Shown here in pieces: positions 20,273-29,914 of a stretch of 64,000 nucleotides of DNA. The notes under the pieces are model-generated. The model made no database searches and was not told where the DNA came from. It was given only the letters and a program-made list of their open reading frames with translations. The stretch's first letter is position 1. The number at the start of each line of letters is the position of its first letter. A program made the translations under genes and the position numbers. The stretch spans positions 234,542-298,541 of the forward strand of contig CAWHCF010000010.1 of the NCBI GenBank assembly GCA_963827655.1, written 5' to 3'. This DNA comes from an uncultured Acidobacteriota bacterium. GTDB lineage: Bacteria; Acidobacteriota; UBA6911.

Positions 20273-21442
20273 CGTTTCACCCGCGCCATCCAGCCACCCC
20301 AGGCGAGTCCGAGTCGGGCCGAGAGGAAAGAGAACAGGAGCGCCAATCCCAGACCGCGCAAGCTGAGCGGGTCCTGGGCCTGGTTCCAGAACTGGTAACG
20401 CCAGGGACCCGGGCGGGCGTCGTACGACCAGATCCGGTCGCCCCCGAAGAACCAGTTGCGCGACAGCGGGGAAAGCAGAAACTCGGAGAAAAAGAACTGC
20501 GCCGCGAGGAAGAGCGCGAAGAACACCGCGCCCACCGCGGCTGCCAGGACCCAGTCACTCTTGCAGGTCGCGCGGCGGAGCAGGAGGTCGATCCCAAACG
20601 CGGGGATTACAAGGAGCAACGGAAAGGCCGGCGGCACCATGTGGGTCACGCGGTTGTAGATCGGGCCGAGCAGCGGTTCGGCCGGAAAGAGCGGCAGAAT
20701 CCAGAGCATCGCTGCGATCAGCAGCATGTAAACGGCGGCCGCGGTGGTCGCGGGCCAGCGCAGCTTCGAGCCGCGCGCGGTCGCGAGGAGTAAGATGGGA
20801 TACAGACCGCAGCTTATCTGATAGAAGAGCGAGGCGTGCTGCTGGTTGGGAGTGTTGTACTCCATCACCAGGAGCGCGAACAGCGCAATCAGCACCCCCG
20901 CAGAGTAGCCGAAGAGTACCTGGACCCGCCCTGTCGGCGGGCCCCCTCCCGTTGTTCTGCCATGCTAACGAAAGAAGCAGCGAGCCCAGAATAATTCCGA
21001 GGATCCCGGCGGCAAGCACCGTGTGGGGCGGGCTCAGCACCTCGACGTCGAGACCATAGGCGTTGTGCCACCAGTCATCGAAGGGCGCGGAGGTCAGCAT
21101 CGCAATCGCGCCCCAGATGGCGACCCACGCTCCGAGCGGCGCCCGGAAACCCCAGACCGGCACCGATGCGCCGCGTTCCGCGGCGCTTCCGGCAAAGGTC
21201 GTCTTGAGCGCGAGCCAACCCGAGGAGAGTCCGCCCAGGATGCCCCCCAGGTACATGGCCACGTGCGCCGGCGTCCAGAAGGTGTCGCGCCCGATCGTCG
21301 AGTGCCATGAGATGTCCCAGATGGCTCCGACGATGATGCTGGTCGAGCCCACTGCGAGGGCGTACAGGTACCACGGGACAGCGCTCGAACGCTCGGTCGG
21401 AACCGGCCCGACCTGGTCGAGAGACACGGCGGCGTTGGACAT
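20269..21442 (-). CDS. Polytopic membrane protein with PmoC/AmoC-like copper motifs and PmoA-like C-terminal half (one extra base near 20945)
   Basis: DISWHSTIGRDTFWTPAH and DDWWHNAYGLDVEVLSPPH; FPLLLVIPAFGIDLLL; span is 3n+1 with a G run at the frame switch. Confidence 0.75.
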
Positions 21443-21615
21443 CGAGACCTCCTTGCGTGGAAGCCTGCATTATACCAAAAAGGTTTTTGATGTTTCTTCG
21501 TGACTTTGCGTCCTGGTGGTATTTGTTTCGCAGCGCTAACCACGAAGAGCGAAGAACACCAAGAAAGCGTGATAAGATGGCGGCAATGAAGCCAAATCCT
21601 GGCTGGGAGCTGAGG

Positions 21616-23700
21616 ATGGTGGTCCGCCCCGTAATGAGAGCCAACGGAGCTGTTCTTTTGCTCGCCTCGCTGCTCACGGCTGCCTCCGGTGAACTCCCGA
21701 ATCTCGCGCCCCAGGTGCGCTCGATGTCACCACTCGGCGGCCGCGCGGGTGAGACTGTCGAGGTGGAGGCTTCCGGACAGTGGCTGGCGAACACACAAAG
21801 CGTCGCCTTTGTCCGCCCGGATATCCGCGCCGAACTCGTTTCCTCGGAGTTCGCCAGCGTGAAGCTCAAGATTTCGATTGGACCTCGGGTTCCCACCGGG
21901 CTCCACGATTACCGGCTGCGCACTACGCACGGAACGTTCGTGGGAGTTTTTCATGTCGCTTCGCTTCCGGCGATCGGCGAGACAGAATCCAACAATGATA
22001 CTTCGCAGGCGCAGAACATTGCGCTTCCGGCCATCATCCACGGAATAGTGACCGCTCGCGACTACGATCTGTTCCGGTTCCACGCCCGTCAAGGCGAGAC
22101 TCTGGTGTTCGATGTGCTGGCGCGGCGCGCCGGGTCAGGCCTCGACGCCACATTGGCGGTCCTCGACGAACGCGGCAATGAGCTGGACTTCAACGACGAC
22201 TTCTACATCCACAAGGACCCGCATCTGGCTTTCACGGCGCCTCGCTCCGGCGATTACTTCGTTCAGGTCAGCGGGAGTGAGGAAGGCGGGTCGCCGTCGA
22301 GTCCGTACCGCTTGATCGCCGGCGCTGTTCCCCACATGCTGCGCGCGCTGCCTGCGGGGGCGCGCCGGGGCTCGTCCACGGAACTGAACATCGCCGGACT
22401 GAACCTTGACCGCGTCGAACGCCTGGTGCTCGGAGACGGGCTCGGGGAGGGAAAGGTGGTTCATGCCAGGCAGAATTCGCTCGCGGTCCGCCTGGAGGTG
22501 CCCGCCTCGGTCGCTCCCGGCCCGCATGCGCTGCGCGCGTTCGCGGGCGGAGTGGAAGCGCCCCTTCCTCTCACCGTGCTGGTTTCCGATTTCGAGGAGG
22601 CTCTGGCCTTGCCCGCGCGCAGCCGCGCGCAGCCACAGCCGGTTCGCATTCCTGCGGCGATCAGCGGCGTGCTGGAGCAGCGCCGGACCGCGCATTTCTA
22701 CACCTTCGAAGTCAAGTCGGGTGACCGGCTGGTCTTCGAGGTGGACGCCATGAAGCTTGGTTACCTTGTGGATCCCGTGGTTGGCATCTACACCCTGAAT
22801 GGGGAGTTGCTCGCCTCCGACGATGACCGCTTGCAGCAAAACGGCGATGAACCACCCAACCTGGACCCCTATCTCGTGTACCAGTTTGACAAAGCCGGTC
22901 AATATCTCGCCATGATTCGCGATCTGGCGCAGCGCGGCGATCAGAATTACCTGTACCGGCTCGCGATCTACCCGGCCAAACCGGATTTCGACGTGAGGGC
23001 TTTGACGCCGGCAATTACCTTGTACCGGGGTCAGACGGTGCTGCTTCCCGTGCGGGTGCGCAGACACGGCGGCTGGGAAACGCCCGTCGATGTCTGGTTG
23101 GAGAACCTGCCGCCAGGAGTGACCACGGACAAACGCGTTGCGGAACCCAAGCCGACCATAGTCAAAGACAACTGTGCGCTGGACCGGCGCCTCGACGGCA
23201 CAAATGTCGACCTGCCCCTTCATGTCTCCGCCAGTGCGTCGCCTGGTTCCTATTCGCTTCGCCTGCGGGCGCGCGGCGAGTACAGTGGCCGCGCCGTCGA
23301 ACACAGTGCCGAGATCCTGTACAAATGGGAGTCCGTCGGCAAAGTGACCGGGGCCATCGCCGATCAGACTCTGGTGGCAACCGTCACGGAATTCCCGCCC
23401 GTGATCCTCGATGTGCCCAGCACATTCACCATCACGCCGGGCAAGCCGGCGCGCATGCGAGTGCGCGTGACGCGGTTCGACGGCGCTGAATCTCCCCTGA
23501 CCATCGAGCCTGAAGCGCCTGTCGACGGCCTGAGATTCGAGAACAACGTTCTGGCCGCGGGAGCGGAACAGGTGGAATTGCGCATCATCGCGTCGGAGCT
23601 GGTGAAACCCGGCACTTTCCGGCTCCGCGCCGGTCCTGCGCTGTCGCAGAGCATCACATTCAAGTTGCCGAGTCAGGGCGAGGAGGAGGACCCGGAGTGA
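21616..23700 (+). CDS. PPC (pre-peptidase C-terminal) repeat protein, planctomycete type
   Basis: PLGGRAGETVEV, ETESNND, DLFRFHARQGETL, DPYLVYQF; first gene of DUF1549/DUF1501 operon; start uncertain. Confidence 0.8.
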   Translation: MVVRPVMRANGAVLLLASLLTAASGELPNLAPQVRSMSPLGGRAGETVEVEASGQWLANTQSVAFVRPDIRAELVSSEFASVKLKISIGPRVPTGLHDYRLRTTHGTFVGVFHVASLPAIGETESNNDTSQAQNIALPAIIHGIVTARDYDLFRFHARQGETLVFDVLARRAGSGLDATLAVLDERGNELDFNDDFYIHKDPHLAFTAPRSGDYFVQVSGSEEGGSPSSPYRLIAGAVPHMLRALPAGARRGSSTELNIAGLNLDRVERLVLGDGLGEGKVVHARQNSLAVRLEVPASVAPGPHALRAFAGGVEAPLPLTVLVSDFEEALALPARSRAQPQPVRIPAAISGVLEQRRTAHFYTFEVKSGDRLVFEVDAMKLGYLVDPVVGIYTLNGELLASDDDRLQQNGDEPPNLDPYLVYQFDKAGQYLAMIRDLAQRGDQNYLYRLAIYPAKPDFDVRALTPAITLYRGQTVLLPVRVRRHGGWETPVDVWLENLPPGVTTDKRVAEPKPTIVKDNCALDRRLDGTNVDLPLHVSASASPGSYSLRLRARGEYSGRAVEHSAEILYKWESVGKVTGAIADQTLVATVTEFPPVILDVPSTFTITPGKPARMRVRVTRFDGAESPLTIEPEAPVDGLRFENNVLAAGAEQVELRIIASELVKPGTFRLRAGPALSQSITFKLPSQGEEEDPE

Positions 23701-25854
23701 TCTTTGCAGCCGCCGTGCTTTTCGTATCGGTTTTCGCGCCCGTGGCGGCCGGCGAGAGCCCCAGCTTCGCCAACGACATCGTCCCGATCCTGACCAGGTC
23801 CGGCTGTGCCAACTCCAACTGTCACGGCTCGATCCGTGGTCAGGCGGGATTCAAGCTGTCCCTGTTCGGCTATGAGCCCGAACTCGACTATGACGCCATT
23901 GTAAGAGACGCGAACGGGAGGCGTATCGACCGCGCGGATCCAACCCGGAGCCTCATTCTGGCCAAGCCGACCTTTGCCATCCCGCACGGCGGCGGCGAAC
24001 GCTTCAAGGCCGGGTCGCTCGAGTACAACGGCATCCTGGAGTGGATCAAATCCGGAGCCGCGTTCGACACGCCGGGCGCGCCGCGGCTGAAGGAGCTTCA
24101 GGTGTCGCCCGCCGAGATGCTGATCACCGGCATCAATTCTCGAGCCGGCCTGTCGGTCGCAGGCGCATACACGGACGGCTCAATAGCTGACCTCACGAAA
24201 AAAGTGCAGTACACAGCCAATGACGAGTCGGTGATCGAGGTAAATGCGGCTGGTGAAATCCGCACCCTCAGGGCCGGCGAGACGGCGGTCATGGTCCGCA
24301 CGCTCGGCAAGGCAGTTGCCGTGCGCGTCGCGGTGGTGGCCCAACCGCCCCGGGCGAATTATCCCGAGACGCCGTGCGCCAACTTCATCGACGATCTCGT
24401 CGTCGCCAAGCTCAAGCGGATCAACATCGTTCCCTCGCGGTTGTCGAGCGATCACGAATTCCTGCGCCGCGTATATCTCGACACCGTCGGCGTGCTGCCC
24501 TCACTCGAAGAAACCCGCGCTTTTCTGGAGTCAAAGGATCCCGGCAAGCGAGCTCGGTTGATCGACACGCTTCTCGAGCGGCCGGAGTTTGCCGAGGTTT
24601 GGGCCACCCGCTTCAGCGACCTGTTTCGAGTAGGCTTGCTCGACCAGGGCAACAAAGGCGGCCGGCTGATCTACAACTGGATGCGCAAGGCGATCCGCGA
24701 GGACAAGCCCTATAATGAGTTCGTCACCGAACTCCTGACCGCCTCCGGCAATCTCTTCTACAACCCGACGGCCAACTTCTATTACGTCACCGAATTCGCC
24801 GAACCGGAGAATTACGCCACCAACATAAGCCAGGTCTTTCTGGGAGTGCGGCTCGAGTGCGCGCGGTGCCACAATCATCCCTGGGAAAAATGGACCCAGG
24901 ATGACTTCTGGGGCTTTGCGGGATTCTTTGCCCGCATGGGCGTGAAAGACACGTATCAGAATGATGAGAGTCAGATCCACCTGAAGTTGAAAGGCGAGGT
25001 GCTTCACCCGAAAACCAAGAAACCGGTCGCCGCCAAGTACCTGGACGGTCCGGCCGAAACCGAAGGTCCTGATGAGGACATTCGGGAAAAGCTCGCCGCG
25101 TGGATGACGTCACCCGACAATCCCTGGTTCGCGCGGGCCATCGTGAACCGAATCGTGAAGCACTATCTGGGCCGCGGTCTGGTCGAACCCTTGGATGATT
25201 TCCGCGTGACGAATCCGCCCAGCAATGAGGCGCTGCTGGACGCGTTGGCGAAGGATTTCGTCCGCAGCGGATACAGCTTGCGGCATACCATTCGACTTAT
25301 TCTCAACTCCCGCGTGTACCAGCTCTCCGAGTGAGCCGAACGAAACCAACCGTGATGACGAGATCAACTATTCGCGCTATCCCGTCAAGCGTCTCATGGC
25401 TGAGCAGCTGGTCGATGCGATCACACAGGTAACCGGCGTGCCTGAGAAGTACCAGGGGTTTCCGCTGGGTACGCGCGCCATGAGCATCCCGCGAGGCGCG
25501 CCTTCTTATTTTCTGCAAGCCTTCGGCCGCATGAAGGCGCGCGAGGTCATCTGCGAACGCGACCTGCAGCCCGCGATGAACCAGGCGATGCACCTGATCA
25601 GCGGCGATACGTTACAGCGGCAAATAACGGCGAAGAACAGCCGGCTCGCGCAATGGCTGGAAGACCCTTCGCTGTCGGATGAAGAAGTGTTGAAGCGGCT
25701 GTTTCTGACCACGCTGGTGCGCGAGCCGGATTCCCGTGAGATCTCACTGGCGCTCGCGCCCATCCGTCTCCGCGGACCCGAAGCGCGCCGGCAAGCGTTC
25801 GAAGACGCCCTGTGGGCTTTGTTCAACTCAAAAGAGTTTACTTACAACCACTGA
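23697..25854 (+). CDS. DUF1549/DUF1553 (PSCyt) domain protein (frameshift near 25330)
   Basis: SFANDIVPIL..GC..NCHG, EFLRRVYLD, CARCHNHP, FARAIVNR, RLMAEQLVDAI, EFTYNH. Confidence 0.85.
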
Positions 25855-27140
25855 TGAAACATTTTGATCGCCGCGCATTCTTGAGAATCGGTTCGACCAG
25901 CGTTTTCGGCCTGCTGACCTACGGAGAGGTATTGCGGTTGCGGGCGCAGTCCCCCGCGCCGGCCAGACGCGATGTCTCGGTGATCCATTTGTGGCTTACG
26001 GGCGGCGTGAGCCAGCTCGACACGTGGGATCCCAAGCCTGACGCCGACGGCCGCTACCGGGGCCAGTTCAAGCCGATCGAAACCAATGTCAGCGGCATAC
26101 GGATCTCCGAGCAGCTTCCGCTGACCGCCCGCCAGGCCCACAGGTACGTCATTATCCGCTCGATGACGCATAAGCAAGCCGCTCATGAAGCCGCCTGCAA
26201 CCTGATTCAAAGCGGTCACAGCCCCCTGCCTACGATCCAATTTCCGGCTATCCAGACGGTGGCCGGAAAGGAGTTGCCGCGAGGAGGCGATCTGCCCTCG
26301 GTGATCGCGATTCCGGCGGCTACCGGGAGCTGGGACAAGGCTGGTTTTCTGGGGCCACATTTCAGCCCATTCGAGGCGGGCAACCCGAATGTCGACAACT
26401 ACCGCGTTCGCGATCTGGATCTTCCCCTCGGCGTCGATTGGTCGCGCGTGGACCATCGCAGATCGCTCCTTACGGTCGTGGACGAGAAATTCCGCCGTCT
26501 CGATACCAGAGGGGTCATCGAAAGCATGGACGCCTACTATCAGACGGCGTTCGAGCTCATGCAGTCGGAGAAGGCGAAGAAGGCATTCCGCATCGACGAG
26601 GAGCCGGACGCGATGCGGGACAAGTATGGCCGCACGTCGCTCGGCCAGGGCTCTCTGCTCGCGCGCCGGCTGATCGAGGCCGGGGCCCGGTTCGTCACGG
26701 TGTCCCGCGGTTTCAACACCTGGGACCACCACAAGGATATCTTTCCTCTCTTGAAGAACGACTTTCTGCCGGAGCTGGACCGCGCCTTTTCGTCGCTCCT
26801 GGAGGACCTTCACCAGCGCGGGCTGCTCGAAAGCACTCTTGTGATCGTCACCGGCGAGTTCGGGCGGACGCCCGAGATCAATGCCATGGGCGGCCGGGAC
26901 CACTGGCCGAACGTTTTCTCTCTCGTAATCGCCGGCGCAGGAATCACAGGCGGCCGCGTCTGGGGCTCCTCGGATGAAAAGGGTATGTTTGTTCGCGACA
27001 ATCCCGTTCAGGTCGCCGACCTGGTCGCCACCATCTACCGGAAGCTCGGGATTGACTACGAGAAGGAGTACCAGAGTAACATCGGCCGCCCGGTAAAGCT
27101 CACGGATAACGGAAAGCCGCTCGACTTTCTGCTGACTTGA
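25854..27140 (+). CDS. DUF1501 domain protein (Tat motif)
   Basis: DRRAFL, GGVSQLDTWDPKP, LLARRLIEAGARFV, WDHH, GEFGRTP, GRDHW. Confidence 0.9.
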   Translation: MKHFDRRAFLRIGSTSVFGLLTYGEVLRLRAQSPAPARRDVSVIHLWLTGGVSQLDTWDPKPDADGRYRGQFKPIETNVSGIRISEQLPLTARQAHRYVIIRSMTHKQAAHEAACNLIQSGHSPLPTIQFPAIQTVAGKELPRGGDLPSVIAIPAATGSWDKAGFLGPHFSPFEAGNPNVDNYRVRDLDLPLGVDWSRVDHRRSLLTVVDEKFRRLDTRGVIESMDAYYQTAFELMQSEKAKKAFRIDEEPDAMRDKYGRTSLGQGSLLARRLIEAGARFVTVSRGFNTWDHHKDIFPLLKNDFLPELDRAFSSLLEDLHQRGLLESTLVIVTGEFGRTPEINAMGGRDHWPNVFSLVIAGAGITGGRVWGSSDEKGMFVRDNPVQVADLVATIYRKLGIDYEKEYQSNIGRPVKLTDNGKPLDFLLT

Positions 27141-27289
27141 AGCAGGTGAAACGCGGACAGCTGGCCGGCGAGTTGTTGACCCAGGGTCGATCTCAACCAA
27201 TCAGTCCGGCAAGTTCAAGTAATCAGGCAATCGATCTGTCGCAGCGACCCGGGACGAAGCTTCCACGATCACCAGCGAGAGGAGATTTT

Positions 27290-28177
27290 GTGAATCGTGC
27301 AAACGGTCTTATCGCCATGGTCTTCATGTTGGCTGCCTCTCCCGTGGCGCCAGTTTCTTTGAGTGTTCAGGATTCAAAGCTGCCCAATGTCCTCTTCTTC
27401 GCCAATCCGATGGGGTCCGACAACGATGTCATCCGGCGCTCTAATCCGGAAGTTCTATCGGTCGCAGAGCGATACTTCACCGAGATCACCAAAGGCCTCT
27501 TCAACGTGATCGTCACCCAGGACGGGACCGAGGTCACGGGTGAGAAGCTGGTCCGCTACCAGGCCGTCGTCTTTTTCACAGCCATCAATCCTCCCGGCGT
27601 CGACAAAGAGGGGCTCATCGAGTGGGTCAAGAAAGGCGGGGCTTTCGTGGGAATCCATTCTACGGCGAATACCTATCAGAATTTTCCGCCCTTCGGCGAG
27701 ATGCTGGGGGCGTACTACGACCGCCGTCCCTGGAGGACGAAAGAGAACCCCCAGACTAAAGTCAGGGTCAAGGTGGAGGACAGGAACCACGCCTCGACCC
27801 GGCACCTCGGCGACTCCTTTGAGATCGTCGACGACATCTACCAGTTCAAGGACTTCGACCGGAGCAAGGTCCAGCTCCTCCTCAGCCTGGACCCGGCAAG
27901 CCTGGATCTAGCGAACCCCAAGATGAACCTGCAGGACAAGGATCTCCCGGTATCGTGGGCCAAGAGCCACGGCAAGGGGCGCGTTTTCTATACTGCTCTT
28001 GGGGACTGGGAAGCGACCTGGAAGGATCCCCGATACCGGACCCACCTCATCAAGGGCATCGAATGGGCCATGGCCGAAGCCCAAATAGGCCGGGCCGGAA
28101 TACCATCGTGCGGAGATCCGGCCTCCGCGCGCCGAGGCGGAGCCTTCTTGTGGAGCGTGCCAGCTCGGAGCGGCTAA
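27290..28177 (+). CDS. ThuA-like (trehalose utilisation / class I GATase-like) domain protein
   Basis: GGAFVGIHS, DDIYQF, PVSWAKSHGKGRVFYTALG; GGAG RBS before GTG 27290. Confidence 0.8.
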   Translation: MNRANGLIAMVFMLAASPVAPVSLSVQDSKLPNVLFFANPMGSDNDVIRRSNPEVLSVAERYFTEITKGLFNVIVTQDGTEVTGEKLVRYQAVVFFTAINPPGVDKEGLIEWVKKGGAFVGIHSTANTYQNFPPFGEMLGAYYDRRPWRTKENPQTKVRVKVEDRNHASTRHLGDSFEIVDDIYQFKDFDRSKVQLLLSLDPASLDLANPKMNLQDKDLPVSWAKSHGKGRVFYTALGDWEATWKDPRYRTHLIKGIEWAMAEAQIGRAGIPSCGDPASARRGGAFLWSVPARSG

Positions 28178-28246
28178 GTTGTAGACGAGCGCGTGAGGAG
28201 AGCTCTTGAGCATCTCCATATCCCGTCGATTGGAAGAGAGGATAAG

Positions 28247-28687
28247 ATGAACGATGCGACATCAATCAAGCCCGTTAAGCAGGGCCGTTGGTTGAGACGA
28301 GCAGGTATTTACGCCGTCCTGGCTCTTGCGCTGTTTCTGATCGGCTTCATTCCCATGTGGCTGACGGCGCGCTCGTGCGCCACCGAACTTCATCAAACGC
28401 AGGGCGAACTGCGCCTGGCTCGAATGCAGAACGGGCTGGCCTCCGCAGCTATCGATGCGCGCCGGGCCGAATACGAGTCCGCTCGCCAGGCAGCCAGCAG
28501 ATTCTTTACCGAGTCGCGCGCCGAGATAGAGCGTGGAGAGGGTTCAGCCTTGACTCAGGCGCAACGCGACCAGCTCGGCTCGTTGCTTGCGCCTCGTGAT
28601 GAGATCATTACCCTGCTCGCACGCGGCGACCCGGTTTCGGCAGACCGTCTCGCAGAAATGTATGTCTCGTACCGCAAATCAATGTGA
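28247..28687 (+). CDS. Hypothetical single-TM helical protein
   Basis: GAGG RBS, one TM helix, then amphipathic helices. Confidence 0.6.
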   Translation: MNDATSIKPVKQGRWLRRAGIYAVLALALFLIGFIPMWLTARSCATELHQTQGELRLARMQNGLASAAIDARRAEYESARQAASRFFTESRAEIERGEGSALTQAQRDQLGSLLAPRDEIITLLARGDPVSADRLAEMYVSYRKSM

Positions 28688-28810
28688 GCTCGAGGCGTCG
28701 ACGGGGCCGCGTCTCCCTTTTGGACCCCGCGATTATTCCGTGCAAGCATTGCGCTTGACTTTGCTTTTCTTTCGCTATATTGACACGCGCGACAAATTCA
28801 GGAGGAGATC

Positions 28811-29299
28811 GTGATGGGAAACCTCGAGTTCTGTATCGCCCGCCGCAAGGCCGAGTTACCGGCTTTTGTTCGCGTGCTGAAAGCCATCCCTCAGGACAGG
28901 CTCGACTATAGGCCCGATCCGAAGGCCCGCACGGCCGCTGAACTCGCCTGGTTTCTCGCCCTCGCGGAGTCATCGCTTGTTCCCCTGCTCGACACCGGAA
29001 CAGTCGACTGGAAGGAGGAGCCTCCCCCCGCGAAAATCAGCGATACGGTGGCCCTGTACGAACGCAGCGCGGCCGCCATCAACGAGCGGCTCGGGCGACT
29101 CGACGAGACCGCCTGGCAGAAATCGGGGCGTTTCCTGTTCGGCGGCAACCCTGTGTGGGAAGCCCCCATTGGCGAGATGATCTGGGGGTTCCTGTTCGAC
29201 GCCATCCACCACCGGGGGCAGCTCAGCACGTACCTGCGACCCATGGGGGGCAAAGTTCCTGCCATCTACGGCCCATCCGGCGACGACTCCGGGCAATAG
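28811..29299 (+). CDS. DinB family protein
   Basis: LDYRPDPKARTAAELAW, IHHRGQLSTYLRPMGGKVPAIYGPS; AGGAGG RBS. Confidence 0.9.
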   Translation: MMGNLEFCIARRKAELPAFVRVLKAIPQDRLDYRPDPKARTAAELAWFLALAESSLVPLLDTGTVDWKEEPPPAKISDTVALYERSAAAINERLGRLDETAWQKSGRFLFGGNPVWEAPIGEMIWGFLFDAIHHRGQLSTYLRPMGGKVPAIYGPSGDDSGQ

Positions 29300-29470
29300 G
29301 CACTCGGCCTGGCGGTCTTATCGAGGTTCTCTCCCAGGGACTAATCTCAATCATTTCCTCAGTGCCTGCCGAGTCCAGGAATTTGTCTTCCCACTGCGAT
29401 GCCGCGATAGCCGCGCCGGTTAGGTGGGCGAGCCGAAGCAAGCTTCGCCAAATTAAGGCGGTAGCAAGCT

Positions 29471-29774
29471 CTGAACCTTACACGCATCTTTGTATTGGTC
29501 CAGAACGAGTGGTTACGCCAGCTCGCGCCCTGAAAGGGCGATGGAAATTAGCCGGGGGCAAGCGGAGCGCTGCCCCCGGTCACACACGACCAAAGAGACG
29601 CGCCCCGGAGGGGCGCTGGACGCTGCCCCTCAAGGCTCCTGCGCCCCTTCAGGACGCATGGACTATAAACGCCAAGACCCCGGGCTGCGCTTCGCTTGCC
29701 CCGGGGCTAATTTCCGTCGCCCCTTCCGGGGGCGAAGATCGCCGAGAGCAATGAGATGCGTGTAAGGTTAAAGC
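29471..29774. mobile_element. Palindromic MITE, copy 2, with 16-bp near-terminal inverted repeats and apparent 7-bp target duplication
   Basis: AACCTTACACGCATCT (29474) and AGATGCGTGTAAGGTT (ends 29769); GCAAGCT at 29464-29470 and 29775-29781. Confidence 0.8.
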
Positions 29775-29914
29775 GCAAGCTACCGACTCGAAGGTTGCGG
29801 CATCGCGTCGCAGATGGAAACACAAACACTGTAAGCATGTAATAAGCGCTGGCAGGATGCGGACCGCCACACAGTGAGACCCGGATGCGGCGTCCCACAT
29901 CACGGAGCATACGT

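Noticed and set aside
18785-21442. Naming the genes pmoCAB/amoCAB or inferring methanotrophy or nitrification
   Set aside because: Similarity is limited to motifs and topology; PmoB sequence signatures and pathway genes are not visible
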